Position numbers and translations under genes: made by a program. From NCBI GenBank assembly GCA_938038265.1, contig CALHRC010000079.1:1-15513 (forward strand): a DNA stretch of 15,513 nucleotides, in the 5' to 3' direction. The notes under the pieces are model-generated. The model had not been told where the DNA came from and did not search any database. It saw only the letters and a program-made list of their open reading frames with translations. This stretch comes from an uncultured bacterium. GTDB lineage: Bacteria; Spirochaetota; Leptospiria; Turneriellales; Turneriellaceae. This document shows, one piece after another, positions 6,929 through 15,277 of the stretch. The stretch's first letter is position 1, and every line of letters starts with the position of its first letter.

Positions 6929-7954
6929 ATGGCATTGATTGATCGCATTAAGTATGACGCGGGGCCCGACGAGATAGTCTGGAAATATCCTAAAGATGAT
7001 ATTGTTTGGGGCGGTCAACTCATTGTCAATGAATCCCAGGAATGTATTTTTGTCAAAGGTGGGCAGACTGCCGATATATTCGGCCCGGGCACACACACTC
7101 TTAAAAGTGGGAATATCCCACTGCTTGAAAAACTAATTAACTTACCTTTTGGCGGCGATACTCCCTTTACTGCTGAAATATGGTACGTCAACAAAACTCC
7201 ATTTATCGGGTTGCAGTGGGGCACTAAAACTCCTATCCAGGTGGAAGATCCTAAATTTGGTATTTTGACAAACCTGCGTGGGCACGGTGTCTATGGCTTT
7301 CGCGTCGTTGACACTCGCCATTTTATTAAAGAAATTGTCGGCACTAAAAAAGCTACCAATACAGAGCAAATTGATCTGCTATTCAAAAATATTATTGCCA
7401 GTGATATTGAAGAACTTTTGTCGCAGATCATTCATGACCAGAATATCGATATTATCCGTATCAATACCCAGCGCACCAATATTGAAGAAGCCTTTAAACC
7501 AAAATTAGCAGAAAAATTTCAGAAGTATGGCTTGGAGCTTGAGCAATTTGAAATTGTCTCCCTCAATATTCCCCAGGATGATCCCGGCTATAAGACTTTA
7601 GTGGAAGCGCGCGCCAAACGCGCTGCAGCAGTTGAACAGGCAATGGGCGATAAAGCGCAGATAGATATACTCGGAGCCGCTTACCAGCAGAAAAGAATGC
7701 TCGATATTGGTGAGGCGGCAGCGAAAAATGAAGGACAAGGCGGCGGTATGATGGGTGCCGGTATGGGTATGGGAATGGGTATGAATATGGGCCAGATGAT
7801 GGGCGGCATGATGAACCAGGCAGGACAGCAAGCAGCAGCTGCAACCGACGATCCGGCAGCCAAACTCGCGAAACTAAAAACCATGCTCGACCAGGGTCTT
7901 ATTACCCAGCAGGAATTTGACGCAAAAAAGCAGGAAATCCTTTCAAAGATCTGA
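6929..7954 (+). CDS. SPFH/band-7 (stomatin-prohibitin-like, COG4260-type) protein with Gly/Met-rich low-complexity linker and C-terminal SHOCT-like motif, 341 aa.
   Basis: N-terminal region resembles the COG4260/YdjI-like SPFH family. The C-terminal KLAKLKTMLDQGLITQQEFDAKKQEILSKI matches the SHOCT short C-terminal domain pattern. Confidence 0.7.
   Translation: MALIDRIKYDAGPDEIVWKYPKDDIVWGGQLIVNESQECIFVKGGQTADIFGPGTHTLKSGNIPLLEKLINLPFGGDTPFTAEIWYVNKTPFIGLQWGTKTPIQVEDPKFGILTNLRGHGVYGFRVVDTRHFIKEIVGTKKATNTEQIDLLFKNIIASDIEELLSQIIHDQNIDIIRINTQRTNIEEAFKPKLAEKFQKYGLELEQFEIVSLNIPQDDPGYKTLVEARAKRAAAVEQAMGDKAQIDILGAAYQQKRMLDIGEAAAKNEGQGGGMMGAGMGMGMGMNMGQMMGGMMNQAGQQAAAATDDPAAKLAKLKTMLDQGLITQQEFDAKKQEILSKI
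7738..7818 (+). repeat. In-frame hexanucleotide (ATG-GGN) tandem repeat encoding GGGMMGAGMGMGMGMNMGQMMGGMM.
   Basis: DNA ggtatgggtatgggaatgggtatgaatatgggc read directly. The 6-bp unit preserves the frame if copy number changes. Confidence 0.8.
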
Positions 7955-7956
7955 CC

Positions 7957-8925
7957 TTGTCGCGCTTGAGTTCACTGGCAGACTCCATCAACTCAGCAAT
8001 TGACAGACAATTGGCTGTCATTCTTGGTGAAGAGTTGCCAATATTAAAAGAGATAAAAGACTTTGTCATCCAAAGCGGCGGCAAGCGGGTGCGCCCACTG
8101 CTACTTATCTTACTAACCCGCTCTTTCGGATGTCATGACGAAAACGCCGAAGCTTTAGCGGCCATAACGGAAATTATTCACGCATCAAGCCTCTTGCATG
8201 ACGACGTCATTGACGGTGCGGATGAACGCCGCGGCCAACCATCAGGGCGTGCTCTTTTTGGTAACCAAGCGGTAATTCTTGGGGGCGATTATCTATTAGC
8301 TTGTGGTATTGAAAGGTTAAATCGTTTTCAAGACCAGCGACAGATGGATCTATTTACCAGAGTAATAAAACATCTCTCAATGGCGGAGCTGCTACAAATG
8401 CACTATGCCCGCCGAGCGGAAATTACTCTTGAAATTTACCAGCGTATCATATACGGCAAAACAGCGGTTCTTTTTGAAGCTGCCGCAGTGAGTGCCGGCC
8501 TGTATGCCAAACAAAGTCCTGAAATACTGCAAGCACTAGAAACAATCGGCCGTGACCTCGGAATGCTGTTCCAGATCCGCGACGATATGCTGGATTATTT
8601 CAAAGCCAGTCTGCTGAAAAAAGCTGCACTCACCGATTACGACAATGGCCTATATACTTACCCGGTGCTGGAGCTGCGGGAACGAGCCGATGAAAAAACG
8701 CAAAAAGAACTAACACGCTTTATGGAATTACCGAGAGAATTGCGTAGCGACAAAAAAAACCACCAGACTTTTCTTGCCTTTTTGCAACAATATGATTGTG
8801 AAAAACATTGTATTGACCGAATCAACCAGTTAAAGAGGGGGATTTATTTAGCCCTGCAGGCGCTACCCCCTGACGATCATATTGACCTTATTCGGGAACA
8901 AATAGAAAGACTGACGGATTTCTAA
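7957..8925 (+). CDS. ispB: Polyprenyl (octaprenyl) diphosphate synthase, 322 aa.
   Basis: Both DDxxD motifs (LLHDDVIDGAD; FQIRDDMLDY). Collinear with E. coli IspB. TTG start 2 nt after the upstream stop. Confidence 0.85.
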   Translation: MSRLSSLADSINSAIDRQLAVILGEELPILKEIKDFVIQSGGKRVRPLLLILLTRSFGCHDENAEALAAITEIIHASSLLHDDVIDGADERRGQPSGRALFGNQAVILGGDYLLACGIERLNRFQDQRQMDLFTRVIKHLSMAELLQMHYARRAEITLEIYQRIIYGKTAVLFEAAAVSAGLYAKQSPEILQALETIGRDLGMLFQIRDDMLDYFKASLLKKAALTDYDNGLYTYPVLELRERADEKTQKELTRFMELPRELRSDKKNHQTFLAFLQQYDCEKHCIDRINQLKRGIYLALQALPPDDHIDLIREQIERLTDF

Positions 8926-10235
8926 TTAGGCTTTGCCGGCGGCGTCACCCGCGCAAAGATAAAATCCACATGTTTCAGAAAAGAAGTAATATCAAATACT
9001 TCATCCCATGCGCTATCGGGAATTGACTTAAGCTCGTCACGTGAACTAAGCCGCTGCCGCAAATCGGGGCCATTGAGATCGGCCCAGACTGCCATGGCCT
9101 CTTGCTGTATGATCTGATAAGCCTCTTCGCGACTGATCTTCACCACCGAGGTCACAGTTAACAAAGCGCGCGACGAAAACAATAAGCCTTTAGTCTGCCC
9201 AAGCACGCGCTTTATATTTTCTTCATGCACCTGCAGGTTAGTTATCACAAATTCCATTTTTTGGAGCATATATTCAAATAGACTAGTAGCATCGGGTAAA
9301 ATCACTCTTTCAGCTCCCGAATGAGAGATATCCCGCTCATGCCAGAGGCCAATGTTTTGCCAGGCAGTCTGCGAATATCCGGCAAGCACCCGCGCTAAAC
9401 CGCAAATTCGTTCACACAAAATCGGATTACGCTTGTGCGGCATTGCCGATGAACCTTTCTGCCCTTTCTGAAATGGCTCTTCAATTTCGCGGCTTTCTGT
9501 TTTTTGCATAAGCCTGATTTCCTGCGCCAGACGCGAGAGGGCAGCAGCACCAAGAGCAAGAGCATTGAGATAATGTGCGTGTCTGTCCCGTGGTACGACT
9601 TGGGTACTGACCGGCTCCGGCTTAAGACCTAACTTACCAAGCACATATTCTTCAAGCTCAGGGGGCAGCTGGGAATAAGTGCCGACAGCCCCTGAAATTT
9701 TACCAAATTTTATGTCTTCAAGTGCAGCAGCGAAACGATCACGGCCTCGCTGCAGTTCAGTATAATAACCTAATAGTTTAAGACCTAAAGTTGTAGGTTC
9801 CGCATGAACGCCATGAGTGCGACCAACAACCGGTAGTTTTTTGTATTTAACCGCCTGACGATATACACTGGCCAACAGAGAATCCCAGGCGGAAAGAATC
9901 CATCCCCCCGCCTCTGCTAACTGGTACGAGAGCGCAGTGTCAACCACATCCGAAGAAGTTAGGCCATAATGTACATGCCGGGAAGCCGGGCCAATATTTT
10001 CAGCCATGTTGGTAAGAAAAGCGATAACGTCATGGTGGGTTTCGTTTTCAATTTCTAAAATTCTTTCAACAGAAAAATTAGCTTTTAAGCGGATGTTATT
10101 CATTTCATCATCACTAATTTGCCCTAATGAATGCCAATATTCGCAGGCAAAAATTTCAATATCTTTCCAGATTTCAAATTTTCTCTGCAGCGACCACAAA
10201 TGCCGCATTTCTTTTGAGGAATAGCGATCTATCAT
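8922..10235 (-). CDS. purB: Adenylosuccinate lyase, 437 aa.
   Basis: N-terminus MIDRYSSKEMRHLWSLQRKFEIWKDIEIFACEYWHSLGQIS, as I recall typical of the short (~430 aa, B. subtilis-type) PurB. Fumarate-lyase family length. Confidence 0.9.
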   Translation of the reverse strand: MIDRYSSKEMRHLWSLQRKFEIWKDIEIFACEYWHSLGQISDDEMNNIRLKANFSVERILEIENETHHDVIAFLTNMAENIGPASRHVHYGLTSSDVVDTALSYQLAEAGGWILSAWDSLLASVYRQAVKYKKLPVVGRTHGVHAEPTTLGLKLLGYYTELQRGRDRFAAALEDIKFGKISGAVGTYSQLPPELEEYVLGKLGLKPEPVSTQVVPRDRHAHYLNALALGAAALSRLAQEIRLMQKTESREIEEPFQKGQKGSSAMPHKRNPILCERICGLARVLAGYSQTAWQNIGLWHERDISHSGAERVILPDATSLFEYMLQKMEFVITNLQVHEENIKRVLGQTKGLLFSSRALLTVTSVVKISREEAYQIIQQEAMAVWADLNGPDLRQRLSSRDELKSIPDSAWDEVFDITSFLKHVDFIFARVTPPAKPN

Positions 10236-10270
10236 AAACCAGTTTTCAGCTGTGATGTATTGCGAAAAGA

Positions 10271-11587
10271 TTAAACTTCTTGATCAATAATAATTTCACG
10301 CCCTTTTATATCTTCAAAAAACTCACCCTCGCGATATACAATATTGCCATTCACAATTGTAACAATTGGCCAACCCTGCAGAGTAAGGCCATGGTAAGGG
10401 CTCCAGTTCACTTTAGTCTGCAGCTTGCCATTTTCGACTGTTTTCTTTTTATTTAGATCAATTAGAGTAATGTCTGCATCAGCTCCGACAGCCAGAAAAC
10501 CCTTATGACGCACCCGGTACAATTGCGCCGGCATTTCACACATCCAACGCACCACCTGGTTTAATGTCCATAATCCCTCATGCATTAGGGTGAGCATCAC
10601 TGGCAAAGCCGTTTCAACCCCCGGCATTCCAGAAGGTGCAGCAGGATATCCCTTTTCTTTTTCTGCAATTGTATGCGGCGCGTGATCTGTTGCGATACAG
10701 TCAATCACCCCCGCCTGCAGAGCCCGGCGCAGGGCATCGCGATGCCATTTGTCTCTAATGGGGGGATTCATCTGAGCGAAGGTGCCAAGTCGTTCATATA
10801 CTTCAGGCGCTTGAAAAAATAAATGCTGCGGCGTAACCTCTGAGCTGATATTACCATCCTTGTGTTGGGCAAGAAAAATAACTTCATCACCTGAAGTTAC
10901 ATGTAACACATGCAGACGGCGGCGGTATTTTTTAGACAACATCACCGCCAATTGCGTAGCCTTAAGTGCCGCCTCTGCCGATCTTATTTTGGGATGATCA
11001 AACACTGAAGTGGCTGGCATACTTGCTTTATTGTGACGCAAAATTTCTTCATCTTCAGCGTGTACGGCAATTAAGCGACGCCCTTGGGCAAATATCTTTT
11101 CTATATCGTGAGAATCAGCGACCAGCAGATCGCCGGTGCTCGAACCCATGAAAATTTTTATTCCAGCCACATTAGGAACAGTATTGAGATAATCAAGATT
11201 AGAAGCTGTGGCACCGGCAAAGAAGTTATAATTTACGAGAGAAACTGAAGCCGCGCGTTTTTTTTTGGCTTGCATGGCATCAAAATCAATAGTAGCCGGT
11301 TTCGTGTTGGGCATTTCAAAATAACTTGTAACGCCACCTGCAGCAGCTGCTTTGGAACCGGTATATAAATCTTCTTTTTCGGGAAATCCCGGATCGCGAA
11401 AGTGCACTTGGGGATCAATAACGCCGGGCAGCACATACAATCCCGCAGCGTCAAAAACCTCAGCGTCGGGGTGTTGGATATTGGCTCCAACTTGCGTTAT
11501 TTTTCCATTTTCAATTAGAAGATCACCAAGTGCGGTTTCTACAGATGAAACCAGCAAACCATTGCGAATTAGCAATACCTTGTTCAT
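10271..11587 (-). CDS. pyrC: Dihydroorotase (cyclic amidohydrolase), ~438 aa.
   Basis: Metal-binding motifs VHFRDPG and DHAPH. The track's TTG at 11602 adds 5 residues. I prefer ATG at 11585-11587 (MNKVLLIRNG...). Confidence 0.8.
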   Translation of the reverse strand: MNKVLLIRNGLLVSSVETALGDLLIENGKITQVGANIQHPDAEVFDAAGLYVLPGVIDPQVHFRDPGFPEKEDLYTGSKAAAAGGVTSYFEMPNTKPATIDFDAMQAKKKRAASVSLVNYNFFAGATASNLDYLNTVPNVAGIKIFMGSSTGDLLVADSHDIEKIFAQGRRLIAVHAEDEEILRHNKASMPATSVFDHPKIRSAEAALKATQLAVMLSKKYRRRLHVLHVTSGDEVIFLAQHKDGNISSEVTPQHLFFQAPEVYERLGTFAQMNPPIRDKWHRDALRRALQAGVIDCIATDHAPHTIAEKEKGYPAAPSGMPGVETALPVMLTLMHEGLWTLNQVVRWMCEMPAQLYRVRHKGFLAVGADADITLIDLNKKKTVENGKLQTKVNWSPYHGLTLQGWPIVTIVNGNIVYREGEFFEDIKGREIIIDQEV

Positions 11588-11643
11588 ATCTGCAGTCCAC
11601 AATGAGCAAACCGCACGTCAAACCCAATCAGTATGGCCTTAGA

Positions 11644-12456
11644 TCAAAATTTTTTCGAATTAACTGCTCTATTGATCAATGCAACCGCCTCATCGGCATC
11701 TATCCAACGACCGCTAAAAGGATCACGAATTTCACCCGGTTTAAAACGAATTTTGTAATTCATTTTGCTATGTTGGGGGATGTAATAACCTAAATACAAA
11801 TAGGGAATTCCCTGCTCGGTAGCATATTGCAAACCTTGCAATATTATCTCTGTACCCAAACTGCGATGGTGCAAGCTAGTGTCATAGACCGAATAGAGAG
11901 CATGTAAGGCATCCTTCCCACGGTCAAAAGTAGCAAAACCAACCAAACGCTTATCTAAGCGCAAGGTCAATTCTAATGTTCCGGCAACTGGCGAAAACAT
12001 TCGATGTTTCATCCCTTCAAGTGCAGGCTCTCTATAAAAGAAATTTAAAACAGGAAGCTCATCAATTAAGTTTTTTAAAAGTTGTTCATGTCGTTCTAGC
12101 CGGTATTTGAGGTAAAGACGCGCCTTTGAAAGAGTAAGTTGGGGAGTTTGCCAACATATTTCAAGATCTCGATTTTTTTTCATAACGCGCTTCATATTTT
12201 GTGACGGCTTAAAATCAGCTGTCCGCACACGGTAGCTCATACATTGGCGACAATGGGGACATTCTGGACGAGTAAAACGGTTGTCTGAGGAATTGGTGCC
12301 TAACCGACTATAACCTTGTTCTATTAAATACTCCAAAGTCAAATCATCAGGATCTTTAATATAAAGCTTTCTTTTTTGAGCTTGTCTGTCCTCAAAATAA
12401 CTACACTGTTCTGAAACTATAGTCGATATTCTATCTAACCAATCCGAAATATTCAT
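11644..12456 (-). CDS. bpt: Arginyl/leucyl-tRNA-protein transferase family (bacterial Bpt/Ate1-like, N-end rule), 270 aa.
   Basis: Cys cluster CPHCRQCMSYR typical of the ATE N-domain, YLGYYI in the C-domain, ~240-270 aa length. Start abuts the alaS stop. Confidence 0.65.
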   Translation of the reverse strand: MNISDWLDRISTIVSEQCSYFEDRQAQKRKLYIKDPDDLTLEYLIEQGYSRLGTNSSDNRFTRPECPHCRQCMSYRVRTADFKPSQNMKRVMKKNRDLEICWQTPQLTLSKARLYLKYRLERHEQLLKNLIDELPVLNFFYREPALEGMKHRMFSPVAGTLELTLRLDKRLVGFATFDRGKDALHALYSVYDTSLHHRSLGTEIILQGLQYATEQGIPYLYLGYYIPQHSKMNYKIRFKPGEIRDPFSGRWIDADEAVALINRAVNSKKF

Positions 12457-15168
12457 TTAAGATATAGCCTCGAATAGTTTTATAAAATTATTAAGGGATT
12501 CTTGCGAATCTTTCACATTTTTACATACTGCCTGTACCAGCTCTTTTTTACCTCCACCGTTAGCTCCACTTCCCGGAAGAATTTTTTTCAGAGTTTCAGA
12601 CAGATCAATTTTATAGTCGTCGGCATATTTACGCGAACAGGCGGCAACAAAACTCCACATTCCTGTAGAATAGCCACCGAGCAGAAACAGTACCGCAGGA
12701 TCCATCTCGCGCAGTCTATCTGCCAGAGACTTCAAGGCAGCGATATCCAAATCATTTTCATAGTACGCTGCAATGGTAAGCGCCCCTAAGTTTCTTTTCG
12801 TTTTCAGAACCCGATCGGGCAGCTCAGGCGCAAACCCGCGTTTAGTTTCCGCTTTTTTCTCAGATCTTTTCATATCTGCTTCGATATTTTTCAACCTGTC
12901 ACGTAAGGCTGACAGACTGCGAAAATTCCCAGGTGTCGGCATAACAGTATTATTAAAAGTGTAAATCTCCTGCATAAGGCGCTCTTTGAAGGGAGAGACA
13001 CTCGCTGTTTCTTCCAGAACTTTAATCATGCTGGCGATCTCCTGCCGGCGCTCCTCGAACATTTTGCTCGCAGCGGCTCCGGCATAGGCCTCAATCCGTC
13101 TATTACCCGCACCTGGACTACTTTCCTTCGCTAAAAAAAACATCCCAATATCGTTAGTATTGCCGACATGAGTTCCGCCGCAAAATTCACTAGAAAAACT
13201 ACCTATTTCAACAACGCGCACAATATCCCCATATTTTTCACCAAAGGTCATAAGGGCACCTCGTTTTTCAGCCTCTTCTTTGGGAAGCACTGCGGTCTGA
13301 ACTGACACGCTGGCGGCTATGGCATTATTGACATCCTCCTCTATTGCGGTTATCTGCTCTAAGTTTAACGCGGCAGGGTGAGTAAAATCAAATCTAAGGT
13401 AATCTTCATGCACCAGAGAACCACTCTGGCGAACATGCTCTCCTAAAACGCGCCGCAGGGCGCCATTGAGTAAATGCGTCGCGCTGTGGTGTCTGGCAAG
13501 CGCATTACGTCTCTCTCGATCCACTGTCAGAGTTATTGTATCTCCAACTGACAGAGAACCCTCAAGATGAGCGCAAATATGCACGATAGCATCGCCGTTC
13601 TTTTGCGTATCAATAACAGCCGCGCGACCGCCATTCCACTCAATCAATCCAGTATCCCCTAATTGCCCACCGCTTTCAGGATAAAAGCAGGTTCGCCGTG
13701 TTATGATATAGAAAACGCTGTTCGGGGTCAACTCTAATTCTTTAATTTTCTGGTACTGCTGATCGCCTATAATCAGGGCCGTAACTTCTGCAGATTCCTG
13801 CAAGCGGTCATAGCCAGTAAATTCTGTCTGAATACCCACTTGGGGAAATTGGATCGCAGCGCCCTTCCAAGCTGCTCTACCACGCGCTCGCTGGTTTTCC
13901 ATTTCTTTATGAAAACCCTGCATATCCAGTTTTAGATTGCGAGCCTCCGCTAACTCTTTTGTCATTTCCGGGGGAAAGCCATAAGTGTCATAAAGAATGA
14001 AAATTTCTTTACCGGGGATGGTGCGCTCGCCATAAGCGCCATCCTCTGCTTTGTGAAGTATTTCTTCAAGTCTGTCAGCTCCAGATTCCAAAGTTTTGAG
14101 AAAACGATTTTCTTCTTGCTTAATGTACTCTTTCGTTAAGTATTGAGCAGGCATCAATTCAGGATAAAATTTGCCGTAAATTGCGGTAACTACATCCACC
14201 ATTTCAAATAATTTGCTTTCTTTCTGCCCTAAGCGACGACCAAAAAGCAAAGCTCGTCGCAGAATACGACGCAGTACATAGCCTCGTGATTCATTGGCAG
14301 GATAGATGCCATCCGCCATAGCAAACGACAAAGCGCGCACATGGTCAGTTAAAACGCGAATGGGCAGGATATTCTCTCCTTCATAAGAGGCGTTATAGTG
14401 CCGCGCTATTGCATCCCTAAGTGTTTTTAGCTCATCAGTATCATAGACGGAATCAACACCCTGCACTAGTGTAGCAAGCCGTTCAAGCCCCGCACCGGTA
14501 TCAATGCCGGTTTGCTGCAGAGGCAAATATTCTTTGCCATTGTAGTTATATTGATTGAAAACTAAATTCCAGAATTCCATAAAACGATCCCCGCTGCCAC
14601 CCGGTGCTGTTTCTTCAGGGCCAAATTCAACTCCGCGATCTAAATAAAGCTCGCTGCAAGGGCCGCAAGCGCCGGTCTCGCCGGCTGGGCCCCAAAAATT
14701 ATCGGCCCGCCCCAACCTCACAACTCTCTTAGCCGGTATGCCAATGTGCTTTGTCCAGAGGTCAAAAGCTTCGTCGTCTTTTTCAAATATTGATATCCAA
14801 ATATTTTCTTTTGGGAAAGGCAGAAAGGATGTCGTGTATTCCCAGGCAAACTCAATCGCTTCTTTCTTGAAATAATCGCCAAAACTAAAATTGCCCAACA
14901 TTTCGAACATGGAAAGATGGCGTTTGGTACGACCCACCGATTCCAAATCTGTGGTTCGGATACACTTCTGTACAGTGGCAATACGATTTCTCGGCGGCTT
15001 AGCTGCTCCAGAAAAATAATCTTTGAAAGGCACCATCCCCGCCGTAGTAAATAGCAGAGTGGGATCATTGGCCGGCAGTAAGCTAGCACCCGACATAACC
15101 AGATGACCCTTTTCTTTGAAATATTCCAGAAATGTAGTTCTGATATCGTTGATTGTCTGCACTTTCAT
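12457..15168 (-). CDS. alaS: Alanine-tRNA ligase, 903 aa.
   Basis: N-terminus F...F..KGH.....SL.P..DPTLLFT.AGM and the FEMLGNFSFGDYFK motif, collinear with AlaS throughout. C-terminal DHHA1-like region is present. Confidence 0.95.
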   Translation of the reverse strand: MKVQTINDIRTTFLEYFKEKGHLVMSGASLLPANDPTLLFTTAGMVPFKDYFSGAAKPPRNRIATVQKCIRTTDLESVGRTKRHLSMFEMLGNFSFGDYFKKEAIEFAWEYTTSFLPFPKENIWISIFEKDDEAFDLWTKHIGIPAKRVVRLGRADNFWGPAGETGACGPCSELYLDRGVEFGPEETAPGGSGDRFMEFWNLVFNQYNYNGKEYLPLQQTGIDTGAGLERLATLVQGVDSVYDTDELKTLRDAIARHYNASYEGENILPIRVLTDHVRALSFAMADGIYPANESRGYVLRRILRRALLFGRRLGQKESKLFEMVDVVTAIYGKFYPELMPAQYLTKEYIKQEENRFLKTLESGADRLEEILHKAEDGAYGERTIPGKEIFILYDTYGFPPEMTKELAEARNLKLDMQGFHKEMENQRARGRAAWKGAAIQFPQVGIQTEFTGYDRLQESAEVTALIIGDQQYQKIKELELTPNSVFYIITRRTCFYPESGGQLGDTGLIEWNGGRAAVIDTQKNGDAIVHICAHLEGSLSVGDTITLTVDRERRNALARHHSATHLLNGALRRVLGEHVRQSGSLVHEDYLRFDFTHPAALNLEQITAIEEDVNNAIAASVSVQTAVLPKEEAEKRGALMTFGEKYGDIVRVVEIGSFSSEFCGGTHVGNTNDIGMFFLAKESSPGAGNRRIEAYAGAAASKMFEERRQEIASMIKVLEETASVSPFKERLMQEIYTFNNTVMPTPGNFRSLSALRDRLKNIEADMKRSEKKAETKRGFAPELPDRVLKTKRNLGALTIAAYYENDLDIAALKSLADRLREMDPAVLFLLGGYSTGMWSFVAACSRKYADDYKIDLSETLKKILPGSGANGGGKKELVQAVCKNVKDSQESLNNFIKLFEAIS

Positions 15169-15277
15169 ATCTTAATTACGCCGCTAATTTAATGCAATAC
15201 CATGCGTAAATATGTTTCCTATTTCCTATATACTTTATCCCATGCGAGGAGTTATGTACACTCCGCCCGCACCACGT

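Noticed and set aside
7563-7884. Three overlapping minus-strand ORFs (67-93 aa) opposite the SPFH gene
   Set aside because: They are artefacts of the ATGGGN coding repeat and give proline/histidine-rich nonsense. The plus-strand SPFH-SHOCT reading is coherent.
12502-12964. Plus-strand ORFs (95 and 63 aa) inside alaS, and similar antisense ORFs inside gshA, gshB, purB and pyrC
   Set aside because: They are antisense to well-supported conserved genes, with no start context and skewed composition.
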